From: an uncultured Planctomycetaceae bacterium
GTDB lineage: Bacteria > Planctomycetota > Phycisphaerae > SM23-33
DNA length: 64,000 nt
Direction of reading: 5' to 3'
NCBI GenBank assembly: GCA_964607575.1
Contig: CAZSLS010000002.1
Coordinates: 25,304 to 89,303, forward strand
The translations under genes were made by a program, and so were the position numbers. Positions 27,760 to 37,893 of this stretch are shown piece by piece (within the stretch, counting starts at the first letter, position 1; every line of letters begins with the position of its first letter). Below the pieces are notes generated by a model. It searched no databases, was not told the DNA's origin, and was given only the letters and a program-made list of their open reading frames with translations.

Positions 27760-30612
27760 ATGAGAAATGCTACAAGACTATGGCTCTTGGTATTGATCCT
27801 GTGCGCCATGAGCTTTACCGCCCTGCCGGCTGCATACGCCGCCGAGGCCATCACGCCCGAAGGCCAAGCCCTCCTCGAAGCCGATTGGCTCACGCAGTGC
27901 GGTAAGAAACCGTCGGCAAAGCTCATAACCGACGAGATCAAATGGGCTCGCGAACTGGCTGTACGCATCTTGAAGATCAAGGGCGCTCAGTCGCTGAAGG
28001 TTCATCTCGACAAGCTCACGCAACTCGAGAAGAAAGTCGCCGGAGCCAAGACCGCCGAGGCGATCAAGAAACTCTACTTCGAGGTCCGAACCGCCAAGCG
28101 GGCGATCATGTTCGCCAATCCGCTCGTCAATTTCGATAAAATCGTCCTGATCGACAACCCGTTTCCCAACGGTAAACCGGGCGACGCGACGAACGAATGG
28201 CGACACGAAGCGCGACACCGCAACGGTTATATGGCCGTCATGGGCGGAAAGCTCATCTCGGTCGGTCTCAATCCGGGCGGTAAGGTCAAGAGCCTCTTCG
28301 GCGATCGCGTCGGGAGTTTCTGGCGCCCCGACGTCCACTTCGATGGAAAGAAGATCGTCGTCAGCTTCCAACCGCGAGGACACAAGTCTTTCCATCTTTA
28401 CCAGGTCGACTCGGAAGGCAAAGAAGTCAAGCAGCTCACGTTCGGCGATTATGACGATCTCGATCCGGTCTACACGCCGGACAATCACATTACCTTCTGC
28501 TCGTCGCGAGCGCACACCTACGTCCGCTGCATGCCGATGACCCATGCCTACGCCGTCTCCCGCTGCGACGCCGACGGAAAGAACATCTACGTCGTTTCGC
28601 GAAACGGCGAGGCCGAGTACATGGCCTCGGTCCTGAACGACGGTCGCGTGATCTACACCCGCTGGGAGTACACCGAAAAAGCGCTCTGGCGAATCCAGAG
28701 CCTCTGGACGATGAACCCCGACGGTACAAACGTGCAGACGTTCTGGGGCAACCAGTCCCGCTGGCCTGACGTGCTGACCGAAGCGCGGGCGATCCCCGGT
28801 TCGCGTCGCATTATGTTCACCGGACTGGGGCACCATGACTGGTTCAACGGGGCGCTGGGGATCATCGACCCGGCCAAGGGCCTGAACTACCCCAACGGGC
28901 TTACGAAGGTCACCCCGGATGTCCGCTGGACGGAAGTAGGCGACGGACCGGCGGAGAAAACCGAATCGAAAACCTACCACAGTTGCAAGGCCTTCCGCGC
29001 CTACAAGACGCCCTACCCGCTTAGCGAGGAGGATTTCCTCTGCTCGGCGATCGTCAGCGGTGGGAACCGGTTCCAGCTTTACCTGATGGACGTTCACGGA
29101 AACCGCGAGCTGATCCACAAAGGCACGCACAACGCCTACTACGCCATGCCGTTGAAGGCCCGAAAGGCCCCGCCGGCGATCCCCGACCGGGTCAAGTGGC
29201 CGAAGATCGGATCGAACGAAACGCCCGCCCCCGGCGTCCTGTACAGTAACGACGTGTTCAACAACGCCCCGGAGATACTCAAGGGCAAGGGCAAGTACAT
29301 CCGAACGCTGGTGATGGACCCGAAGAACTACACGACATGGCACAAGACGGTCCAGCACGACGGACCGGCGATCAGCGTATTCCAGGCCGACGGCGTCAAG
29401 CGGATACTCGGAACCACGCCGATCGAAAAAGACGGTAGCATCTGCATGGAAATCCCGCCGGGCATCGCCGTGTTCTTCCAGATGCTCGACGAGAAGAAGC
29501 AGTGCATCCACGTCATGCGTTCGTTCACCGGCGTTATGCCCGGCGAGATGCGAGGCTGCTTCGGATGTCATGAGTCCAAGCTCTCAACACGCGGAAACCC
29601 GAGCGCCGGTTCCAACAGCATCGCGATGCGCAAGGGCCCCAAAAAGCCGGTCCCGCCGCCCTGGGGCGCCAACACGACTATCAGCTACGCTCGCTTCGTC
29701 CAGCCCGTACTCGACAAGCACTGCGCCAAGTGCCACCAGGACCCCAAGCACAAAGCGTTCAAGAAGCTGAACATGACCTACCGCCCGTCGAAGCATCGCT
29801 TCCGCAGCCGAGTGCATACCCGCCCCGGCGAGACCAGCCCGTTCACTGAACCGTACTACACGCTCGTGGGCGGCGGATGCGGCTGGGGTAACGGCCGCAA
29901 GAAGAAGACGCTGTCCGGCGTATACATCGTCGAGTCGTACAACGACAGGAAGGGCAAAGGAACGGATATGAAAACGCTTCCGCCCTACTCGGCGTTCTCG
30001 CCGATCAGCACACTGATCAAGAACGCCTCGAGCGGCAAGCATAACAAGATGAAGATCCCCGCCGCTGATCTCGAAAAACTTGTCGCCTGGGTCGACTCCA
30101 ACGGTCCGTACCTCGGCGACGAAGAGATTCGCAAGATGTACGATCCGTTCTCGTTCGCCGCGGAGAACATCTCAGCCGTCCGCCCGCGAGTGGCCACGGC
30201 GCCCGTCATCAACCGCTTCAACATTCGCCAGGACGGCGACTCGATGAAGGTATCTGGTCCGCTCAAGCTGTCCAAGAGCATCGAGGCCGACAGGAAGAAA
30301 ATGGCCGAGAAGAAGAAAGCCCAGATCGAAGCCGCCAAGCGTCGCGCCGAGGCGATGAAAGACCTGAAAGTCGGAAAGGTCGAGATCATCAGCGCCAAAT
30401 ACGGCGCCGGGTCGACCTGGAAAGATGTGACCAAACTGGTCCAGGCCCGCGCCGGTAAGAGTCGCCTGGTCCCGATCGGCGGGTACAACGCAGCGTTCGG
30501 CGACCCGGTCAGCGGCACGAAGAAAACCCTGAAGATCGAGTACAAGATCGACGGCAAGAGCGGCAAGGACGAGTTCGCCGAAGACGCCGAGGTCATCCTC
30601 ACGACGAAATAA
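27760..30612 (+). CDS. Secreted paralogue: PD40/TolB-like beta-propeller with two CxxCH (PSCyt-like) motifs
   Basis: Signal MRNATRLWLLVLILCAMSFTALPAAYA is present. …GKKIVVSFQ…YQVD.EGK…, CFGCHESKL and CAKCHQDPK are present. A C-terminal …AKYGAGSTWKDVT…FGDP.SGTKKTLKIEY… mini-domain follows. Confidence 0.6.
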   Translation: MRNATRLWLLVLILCAMSFTALPAAYAAEAITPEGQALLEADWLTQCGKKPSAKLITDEIKWARELAVRILKIKGAQSLKVHLDKLTQLEKKVAGAKTAEAIKKLYFEVRTAKRAIMFANPLVNFDKIVLIDNPFPNGKPGDATNEWRHEARHRNGYMAVMGGKLISVGLNPGGKVKSLFGDRVGSFWRPDVHFDGKKIVVSFQPRGHKSFHLYQVDSEGKEVKQLTFGDYDDLDPVYTPDNHITFCSSRAHTYVRCMPMTHAYAVSRCDADGKNIYVVSRNGEAEYMASVLNDGRVIYTRWEYTEKALWRIQSLWTMNPDGTNVQTFWGNQSRWPDVLTEARAIPGSRRIMFTGLGHHDWFNGALGIIDPAKGLNYPNGLTKVTPDVRWTEVGDGPAEKTESKTYHSCKAFRAYKTPYPLSEEDFLCSAIVSGGNRFQLYLMDVHGNRELIHKGTHNAYYAMPLKARKAPPAIPDRVKWPKIGSNETPAPGVLYSNDVFNNAPEILKGKGKYIRTLVMDPKNYTTWHKTVQHDGPAISVFQADGVKRILGTTPIEKDGSICMEIPPGIAVFFQMLDEKKQCIHVMRSFTGVMPGEMRGCFGCHESKLSTRGNPSAGSNSIAMRKGPKKPVPPPWGANTTISYARFVQPVLDKHCAKCHQDPKHKAFKKLNMTYRPSKHRFRSRVHTRPGETSPFTEPYYTLVGGGCGWGNGRKKKTLSGVYIVESYNDRKGKGTDMKTLPPYSAFSPISTLIKNASSGKHNKMKIPAADLEKLVAWVDSNGPYLGDEEIRKMYDPFSFAAENISAVRPRVATAPVINRFNIRQDGDSMKVSGPLKLSKSIEADRKKMAEKKKAQIEAAKRRAEAMKDLKVGKVEIISAKYGAGSTWKDVTKLVQARAGKSRLVPIGGYNAAFGDPVSGTKKTLKIEYKIDGKSGKDEFAEDAEVILTTK

Positions 30613-30742
30613 GGGCCTGCCGAGCCCTCCCGAAACGCCGAGTAAGCCCCCCCGACTGCGGGGGGGCTTCTTGGGTTTTCTGCACCGATTGAACCGGCTT
30701 GATGTTCCATAAGAATCCGCATTGACCGAAAGAAGAAGGCAG

Positions 30743-33700
30743 ATGAAGAATTCATCAAAGTTCGTAATAATCGCCGTCACCCTGCTGATGCTGCTTGCCG
30801 CCGGTACGGTCTCCGCCGCCGCGAAACCGCCGACCTTCAGCGGAGCCAACTGGATATGGCACAAGGGCGTCGGCCAGGCCGCGGGCACGTGGTATTTCCA
30901 GAAGGGTATGGCGTTCCCCGCCGGTCAGAAGCCCAAGAAGGCTCATGTTCTCATCACCTGCGACAACCTATGGACGCTGCATGTCAACGGCAAGCAGGTC
31001 GGGCGGAACGACTCGACCGCCGATTCATGGCAGCGCCCCCAAAGCCTCGATGTCGCCAAGCATCTGGTGATCGAGAAGAACGCGATTGCGATTGCAGGCA
31101 CAAACACTGCCCCCGGGCCGTCGGGGCTTCTGGTCAAGCTGGTCGTTGAATTCGAAGACGTCAAGAAGACGTTCGAACTTGTCAGCGACAAGACCTGGAT
31201 CAGCTCATCGAAACCGACCACAGGTTGGAAGGACAACGGTTTTACCGCCGGGCCCGACTGGACGCCTGTCACCGTTGTCGGCGCTTACGGTTCGGCGCCC
31301 TGGGGCAAGCTGGACGGTTCGGCTCGCAGACCGCGAGGCGCTCGGAAACCCGCTCCTTTGCCCGCCGTTCTAGCCGACAAAGAGGAACTCAAGAAACCGA
31401 TCTACAAAGACGGCGTGGTTTTTGTCGGTAGTGCAGTCGGTCTGAACGTGAACCGTCAACCGATCTATCATCAGAACATACGCGGCACGCGCGCATATTT
31501 TGAAATGGACCCGATGACCCCCGCGGCTTTGGGGCGCCAGCTTTGGAGCCTTATACCGCTCGGGCCCGACGGCAAGAAGACGTTGCTGTGCGACGCCGGT
31601 CAGGGAACGGTGGGCTCGCCGAGCGTTTCCTTTGACGGTAAGACGGTCTACTTCACGAAGGTCAAGCCCGGCGAAGCCTTCTTCCATATCTACAAGATCG
31701 ACATGACCGCAAAGGGCGATGCCGCCCCGGGCGGCGAAAAAAGCGTCGTGCAGCTCACCGACGGACCGTTCCACGATTACGATCCGATGGAACTGCCCGA
31801 CGGGCGCATCGCCTTCAGTTCCACTCGCATCGGAAGCCGCGAGGAGTACCATGGGAAATATGCCTCCTCACTCTGGACATACGATCCGAAGAGTAAGAAG
31901 ATTCGTCCGCTGACTTACCACATTGTCGCCGACCGCGAACCGCGCGTCACGTCCGACGGGCAGTTGGCGTTTATTCGGTCCGACAATTTCCTCGAGCGTG
32001 CAAAAGTCGAAGCACATCTGCACCAGACGCGAATGGACGGTACGGCGGGGCAGGTCATTATCGGGCCTGGGCGCAAAGGCGTTCGGCTCGATCGCGATGT
32101 CGCCGCTGAGCCCGCGATGAACTGGCTCCGCAGATACGGTATTGGCAGCCCGGCGCCGATGCCTGACGGGCGGGTGGCCGCAATCAACCAGAGAGGTCTC
32201 GTCACGTCGGCGACGGCTACGGGACTGGATGTCGGAGGCGGATTCCTGCCGTTCGACCTGTCGCCTTTGCCCGACAGTCGGTTGTTATGCACCGCCAGAG
32301 CAAAGAATCAGATCATAGTTTTCGACCCGAAGGACAAGAGTCAAAAGGGTGTCTTCTCGATGAACGGTATTCATTCGGTGGTTCACCTCGGCGCTCGCAA
32401 GAAACCGTCGGTCATGCCCTCAATGGTGGACCCCGCGATCGAACGCAGCATTAGCAAGACGGGTTTTCTGTACTGTCAGAACGTCCTGAACACCCAGCAC
32501 ACTTCCGCCGACACAAAACGCATCAAGGCTATCCGAGTTTACGAAGGGCGACCGTTTACGATCGAGCCGACCAAGGCCATCTATGTCCACATCGGAACCG
32601 TCGGTATTGAGTTGGGGACCGTACCGCTGGCGAGCGACGGTTCGTTCTATATTGAAGTCCCCGCAGACCGCCCGCTGGCACTGCAGGCGATCGACGGCGA
32701 GGGACGAGCGGTCATCAACGAGCTGTCGTGGATTTACACCCGCCCGGGCGAACAGAGGGCGTGCGTGGGTTGTCACGCCCCGGTCGACGCCGCTCCGAGC
32801 ATGACGCCGGCCAAGGCGATGAGAAGCAGACCGCTGAAGCTGACCGGGCAGGGCGCCCCGCACCGCTTCAGGGCCAACAACGGCGCCAACGGCGGAATCG
32901 TAAACCTGCAACTGGACAAGTTCCGCGAGGTTGTCGGGATAAACCTCAATACCGTTCCGAATGATGCGAGCCTCTCGACGATTCGTCGACTGGGAATACT
33001 CCGCAACCGATCGTCGATCCCGATTCTGGTAAAGGCGCTGGGCGACAAGAGCCCCGAGATGCGCTGCGCCGCGGCGCTTTCGCTTTCGGCGTGCGGTAAT
33101 CGCGATGCGATCAAGCCGCTTATGATATCGCTGAAAGACACAAATCCCACCGTGGCACGCGCCGCGGCCTGTGCGCTGGAGCATCTGACGGGCAACCCCG
33201 CCGGCGGGACCGATTTCTACGCGATTGAAAAGGCCCTGATTGGCAAGATCTCGCCGGAGAATCAGCTTACCGGGACGGCGGCGCCGGTCAAAAAGAGAGC
33301 TCCGAAGATCATTATCAAGTCGGCGCTTTACGGCGTCAAGGGCAAGCCCTCCAGGCAGGTTGATCTGACAAAGAAGATCAGCAAGCGGGTTGCCGCCGGG
33401 AAGTTCACGTTTAGCGCGAGTCACAAGTTCGCAGGCAAGGATCCCGCCCCGGGTATCAACAAGACAACGGAGCTTGAATATTCCATCAACGGGAAGCTCA
33501 AGAAAGCCTCGCTCAGAGAGGGCGCCGAGTTTGATCTGGTCCTGGGCAACATAGCGGGGCCCGGCTCGGTCAGCAGCAAAAGCGGGCAGGAAATCCACAT
33601 GGCGATTGAGGCTCTGGGTCACGTGGGCGGTAATGCGGGCAAGAAGGCAATTCGTGATTGGCTGGCGAGCAATCCCAAGGGCGAACTCCGGATGCTGATG

Positions 33701-34795
33701 GCGGCGATACGCTCACTCGGTTATCTGCAGGACCGCCAGGCGATACCCGACCTCGTGGCGATCATGAATGCTAATCTGAATAAGCGCGGAAAGGGCGGTT
33801 GGAATGAAGGGGGTTTCAACCAGAAGCCGACGTATCTGTGCGCTACGGCCGCCGAGGCACTCGGCAGGATCGGCGGAGCCGAAGTGGAAAAAGCGATTCT
33901 GGCGGCGCTGGCGAAACTGGGCAATTTCGAGTTGCAGGTAATGCGCACCGGCGAGCACGGATGGTTGAGAAGCGCCCAGGCCTCGCCGGGCTACTTCCGG
34001 ATGCTCGAGGCGCTGGAACGCATGGGAAGCAAAGCCGGCGGCGAATTGGCCGGGCCGATCGTGATCTCGATTCCGGTGGACAAGGACCGCGGACTGCTGT
34101 ACGAACTGGACAGTTATGAAAAGCTGGTCGGGCGGACGGTCAAACGCATCGGGCAGATGGACAACGTTGTTGAAGCGTGTTTCGCGGTACTGGACAAGAC
34201 GTCGAAAGCGGCGGTCGACCCCAAGTTGAAGGCCGCGGTATCAAAAGCCCCGCACAACGAGCGCCATATCAGGAGGCTTTCGGCCCAGTCGCGGGCGGCG
34301 CAGGTTATGTCGGTTGTGTGCATGGACCTGAAGTACGCCGACAGGATCAGAAAAGTGCTGAAGACCTACCGGGCCGACAAACCGTCGGAAACCCGCGCAT
34401 GGACTTGCTTCATGCTGACGCGAACCCTCGGGCGGATCGGCGATACCGGATCGATCGACCTGTTCGTAGAGATGCTGACAAAGGATCCTACGGAAACCGC
34501 GCTGGGCCTGAACCCGCCGCCAACCCACATTATCTACAAGGCCTGGCGACCATTCTATCGCCCCGCCGCCGCATGGTCTCTCGGACGGCTCAAAGCCAAG
34601 AAGGCTACCGGCGCTTTGCTCAAGGCGGTGCAGGAATTGGAAAATGCGTCGAGCACGCGCCAGGAATCCGCGATAGCACTCGGGATGATCGCCGACAAGA
34701 CCACCCTGGCCGAACTGAAGAAGATCGCCGAAGAATACCCCGAACTCATGACCAGACGATCGCTCCTGGAGGCAATCGCGAAGATGTCGAAGTAG
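30743..34795 (+). CDS. Secreted paralogue: N-terminal jelly-roll-like domain, PD40-type propeller, one CxxCH motif, then HEAT/armadillo repeats
   Basis: The start is set at MKNSSKFVIIAV…, with GAAGGCAG upstream. CVGCHAPVD is present. HEAT-like repeats run …SIPILVKALGDKSPEMRCAAALSL…AIKPLMISLKDTNPTVARAAACAL… onward. It shares the …LYGVKGK…DLTKK…ELEYSINGK… mini-domain with 27760..30612. Confidence 0.6.
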   Translation: MKNSSKFVIIAVTLLMLLAAGTVSAAAKPPTFSGANWIWHKGVGQAAGTWYFQKGMAFPAGQKPKKAHVLITCDNLWTLHVNGKQVGRNDSTADSWQRPQSLDVAKHLVIEKNAIAIAGTNTAPGPSGLLVKLVVEFEDVKKTFELVSDKTWISSSKPTTGWKDNGFTAGPDWTPVTVVGAYGSAPWGKLDGSARRPRGARKPAPLPAVLADKEELKKPIYKDGVVFVGSAVGLNVNRQPIYHQNIRGTRAYFEMDPMTPAALGRQLWSLIPLGPDGKKTLLCDAGQGTVGSPSVSFDGKTVYFTKVKPGEAFFHIYKIDMTAKGDAAPGGEKSVVQLTDGPFHDYDPMELPDGRIAFSSTRIGSREEYHGKYASSLWTYDPKSKKIRPLTYHIVADREPRVTSDGQLAFIRSDNFLERAKVEAHLHQTRMDGTAGQVIIGPGRKGVRLDRDVAAEPAMNWLRRYGIGSPAPMPDGRVAAINQRGLVTSATATGLDVGGGFLPFDLSPLPDSRLLCTARAKNQIIVFDPKDKSQKGVFSMNGIHSVVHLGARKKPSVMPSMVDPAIERSISKTGFLYCQNVLNTQHTSADTKRIKAIRVYEGRPFTIEPTKAIYVHIGTVGIELGTVPLASDGSFYIEVPADRPLALQAIDGEGRAVINELSWIYTRPGEQRACVGCHAPVDAAPSMTPAKAMRSRPLKLTGQGAPHRFRANNGANGGIVNLQLDKFREVVGINLNTVPNDASLSTIRRLGILRNRSSIPILVKALGDKSPEMRCAAALSLSACGNRDAIKPLMISLKDTNPTVARAAACALEHLTGNPAGGTDFYAIEKALIGKISPENQLTGTAAPVKKRAPKIIIKSALYGVKGKPSRQVDLTKKISKRVAAGKFTFSASHKFAGKDPAPGINKTTELEYSINGKLKKASLREGAEFDLVLGNIAGPGSVSSKSGQEIHMAIEALGHVGGNAGKKAIRDWLASNPKGELRMLMAAIRSLGYLQDRQAIPDLVAIMNANLNKRGKGGWNEGGFNQKPTYLCATAAEALGRIGGAEVEKAILAALAKLGNFELQVMRTGEHGWLRSAQASPGYFRMLEALERMGSKAGGELAGPIVISIPVDKDRGLLYELDSYEKLVGRTVKRIGQMDNVVEACFAVLDKTSKAAVDPKLKAAVSKAPHNERHIRRLSAQSRAAQVMSVVCMDLKYADRIRKVLKTYRADKPSETRAWTCFMLTRTLGRIGDTGSIDLFVEMLTKDPTETALGLNPPPTHIIYKAWRPFYRPAAAWSLGRLKAKKATGALLKAVQELENASSTRQESAIALGMIADKTTLAELKKIAEEYPELMTRRSLLEAIAKMSK

Positions 34796-34845
34796 GTTTA
34801 GTCCGACAGTATTTGCAGATAACCCATTATTCAAAGGAACGCATA

Positions 34846-36216
34846 ATGAAAAGGCGCGAATTCATAAAGACGTCAGCCGCCGCCGCAGCCGCCGGCGCTT
34901 TCGTCGCACCAAGCTTCAGCATTGGTAAAGAAGGCCCTTCCGCCAACAGCAAGATCAACATCGCCATGGTCGGTAACGGCGGTATCGCCGGGATGGCATA
35001 CGGCGGCGTTCGCGGTGAGAATATTGTCGCGGTTTGCGATATTGACGAGGGCAGACTCAAACGCGGAGGCGCCCGAGAATTCACTGACTACCGCAAAATG
35101 TACGACAAGATGGGCAAGGGGATAGACGCCGTCTGCGTCAATGCTCCCGACCACACCCATTTCGGCGCAACAATCGAAGCCATGCGCCGCGGATACCATG
35201 TCTGCACCCAGAAACCGCTGACACACGACCTGTGGCAGGCCCGCACGCTGCTGAAGGCCGCCAAAAAGTATCCCAAACTCGTCACCAACATGGGCAACCA
35301 GGGGCACACCTACAACGGTATTCGCGATATGGCTGAGCTCTACCAGCACGGGCTGCTCGGCGACGTCACTGAAGTTCATTGCGGGTTTCCCGGTCCCAAC
35401 CTCGGGTCGCACTACTTTGCCAAGGCCCCAAAATCATTACCGTATCCCGCCCAGAAGGCTCCCGACCATATCAAGTGGGACCTGTGGCTCGGCCCGGCGC
35501 CGAAGGCGCCTTTCAACAAGGAGTATCATCCGCTGAAGTGGCGCAGTTTCTGGGACTATGGCACGGGCATGCTCGGCGACTGGTTCTGCCACATCGGCGA
35601 CGGTCCAGTGTGGGTTCTGGATCTCTACGATGCGATCAGTTGCGAGCGGATCGAATGCAAAGAGAACATCAAGGGCGTCATTCCGAACAGTTGTGTCGTC
35701 AAGTGGGAATTCGCCCAGCGCGGCGACAAGAAGCCCTGCACCATGTACTGGTACGATGGTATCAAGAATGGCGGGACTCCGATCAAGAAGCCCAAGGATT
35801 GGTCGTACGGCGGTAAGTGGGACAAGGGCACGTTCTTTTTCGGGAGCAAGAACAACGCCTACCTGGACGAGCGATCCAACCACCCGCGAATTTCCGACAA
35901 GAAAGCCATGCTGGAATACAAGGCGCTCAAGAAAGCCGGCAAGGTTCCGCAGAAGTACCCTCGCGTCCAGGGCGGAAGCCCTCACCGCGAATGGGTCCGC
36001 GCCATCAAGGGCGGTCCCAAGCCCGGTTCGAGCTTCGAATACTCCGCTCGCCTGACCGAAACCTGTCTGCTGGGCGTTCTGGCCGAACGGTTCGGCGGAA
36101 AGATCGAGTGGGACGCCAAGAACTGCAAAGTCACCAACCGCAAGGAACTAAACGCATTCGTAAAAGAACCGGTCCGCAACGGTTGGGAAGACTACGGCGT
36201 CGAACTCTGGACGTAA
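34846..36216 (+). CDS. Gfo/Idh/MocA-family oxidoreductase, Tat-secreted
   Basis: MKRREFIKTSAAAAAAGAFVAP is a Tat signal. …INIAMVGNGGIAG… is the Rossmann GxGxxG, and …VCTQKPL… is the EKP motif. The ORF-track N-terminal extension (34177) is rejected because ATG 34846 has AAAGGAAC upstream. Confidence 0.85.
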   Translation: MKRREFIKTSAAAAAAGAFVAPSFSIGKEGPSANSKINIAMVGNGGIAGMAYGGVRGENIVAVCDIDEGRLKRGGAREFTDYRKMYDKMGKGIDAVCVNAPDHTHFGATIEAMRRGYHVCTQKPLTHDLWQARTLLKAAKKYPKLVTNMGNQGHTYNGIRDMAELYQHGLLGDVTEVHCGFPGPNLGSHYFAKAPKSLPYPAQKAPDHIKWDLWLGPAPKAPFNKEYHPLKWRSFWDYGTGMLGDWFCHIGDGPVWVLDLYDAISCERIECKENIKGVIPNSCVVKWEFAQRGDKKPCTMYWYDGIKNGGTPIKKPKDWSYGGKWDKGTFFFGSKNNAYLDERSNHPRISDKKAMLEYKALKKAGKVPQKYPRVQGGSPHREWVRAIKGGPKPGSSFEYSARLTETCLLGVLAERFGGKIEWDAKNCKVTNRKELNAFVKEPVRNGWEDYGVELWT

Positions 36217-36276
36217 AAACAAAGGGAAACAAAGGGGTCGGGATTCGTTTAATTAAACGAGTCCCGACCCCTTTTG

Positions 36277-37680
36277 TCATTTCCTCTTGACGTCATAACA
36301 ATACAGTTTGTTGAAGTGACGCAGATATAGTTTACCGCCGGCGACGACGGGGTGGGCCCAACTGGTGCCCATGGTGCGTTTGTATTCTTTAGTCCATCCG
36401 GATTTATCGGCAAAACCTTCGGCGAAGAAACGCCCTTTGATCTTGAAGCCCTTGGGGGTGCATTCGCACAGGAGCGTTTCGCCGGCTTCTTCGGCGAAGA
36501 CATAGAACATACCGTCTGCCCAGCAGACCGAACCCTTCGGAATATTCTCGACGTCTTCGTCCAGGTCGTTGGAGTCCCACATGGTCTTGCCCGTTTTGAA
36601 ATCGATACAGGCGAAACCTCTCTTGTTGTTACCGTATAGATAACCCTTGTGCAGGATCATACCGCCGTGATGACAGTCGGCGTCTTTGGTCTCCCATGCC
36701 TTCTTTGCGAAGACCTTTTGACCTTTGGCCTTCATTTTCAGGCAGATCCCGCCCTTACCGTATCCGCATGCCCAGAAGACGTGCCCATCGGAGTAGATCG
36801 GTGTATTGCAGTTGGCCATGTTGCCTTTGGCGAATTCATATTTCCAGAGTCCCTTGCCTGTTTCAGCGTGAACGCCCATGAGTCCCTCGCGGCTGCCGTT
36901 GACGAGCATGGGAACGCCGTCGACATCGCCAAGAATGGTCGAACCGTATTGGCTTTGCCCGTTCGGAGGCGATTTCCACAGCGTCTTGCCCGTCATCTTG
37001 TCTAATGCGACCATAAAGGTCTTCTCGCCGCCGGTGCAGTAGATGGCTTTGTCTTTATAGATCAGGACCGATTCGGCGTAGCCCCAACCGTGTCCGACAA
37101 CACCGCTGTCGAATTCTTTTTCCTGAACCTTGCGCGTCCAGATGCGCTGGAAGGTATCCTTCTTCAGGCACATGATTTCGCCCAGACCGGTGGTGACGTA
37201 CAGGCGATCTTTCTCGATAGTGATGCTGGCGCGCGTGCCCTTGTAGGAGAGGTTTTCGTGGCGGCCGTCGGGATGGATCTTTTCGTAATACGCATTGGCG
37301 ACGTCTTTCGATTGCTTCACTTTGCCCGTGGCGTAGTCGATAGTGGTGACGTAAAAGCCCTGGCCCTTGATCTGCCAAATGTGCTTCGGAGGCGTTTTGT
37401 ATTCGATCTTCTCGTCCGCGTGCGGTTTGCGACCGGTGATGTAGGCCAACCCGCCATCAAGCGTGACGCTCGAGTAGCCATTGCCGATACCTTTGACTTC
37501 CCACAGTTTTTTCGGACCGCCTTTGGGCCAGCTCTTGAGCAGACCGGTATCGGTCGATTTGCTATCGCGGTTCGGACCGCGCCATTGTTTCCAATCGCCC
37601 TCGGCGCCCGGAGACCTGCCGGCGATCAGAACAGCAAACACAACAACCGCCAACGGCGACAACAGACGTACTGACTTCAT
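36277..37680 (-). CDS. Secreted PQQ-like (BamB-like) beta-propeller repeat protein
   Basis: Signal MKSVRLLSPLAVVVFAVLIAG is present. …WKQWRGPNRDS… is the typical opening. Repeated …TGK.LWK… and …TGKTMWDS… blades follow. The start is set at ATG 37680 with GAGGTG 9 nt upstream. Confidence 0.7.
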   Translation of the reverse strand: MKSVRLLSPLAVVVFAVLIAGRSPGAEGDWKQWRGPNRDSKSTDTGLLKSWPKGGPKKLWEVKGIGNGYSSVTLDGGLAYITGRKPHADEKIEYKTPPKHIWQIKGQGFYVTTIDYATGKVKQSKDVANAYYEKIHPDGRHENLSYKGTRASITIEKDRLYVTTGLGEIMCLKKDTFQRIWTRKVQEKEFDSGVVGHGWGYAESVLIYKDKAIYCTGGEKTFMVALDKMTGKTLWKSPPNGQSQYGSTILGDVDGVPMLVNGSREGLMGVHAETGKGLWKYEFAKGNMANCNTPIYSDGHVFWACGYGKGGICLKMKAKGQKVFAKKAWETKDADCHHGGMILHKGYLYGNNKRGFACIDFKTGKTMWDSNDLDEDVENIPKGSVCWADGMFYVFAEEAGETLLCECTPKGFKIKGRFFAEGFADKSGWTKEYKRTMGTSWAHPVVAGGKLYLRHFNKLYCYDVKRK

Positions 37681-37893
37681 AACATACACCTCGTAATAAT
37701 AATACTAGCACAAAACGGACACCTTAATCCACCAAACGCACGGGGCGGTCGGCTCGGTCCCTACCTTAGGGATTCAGTTCGTCGGTACAATGCTTAATTA
37801 TTGGATTGCGGCTACACTGTACGTGATGCTAAGCTGTCTTCATGCTGAGAATAGCGAGAAAGGAGACTCCGGATCAACGGACTTGAACGATAT

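Noticed and set aside
37680-37689. GTG 37689 as start of the PQQ propeller gene (MYVMKSV…)
   Set aside because: The GAGGTG Shine-Dalgarno would abut the GTG with zero spacing. ATG 37680 is correctly spaced.
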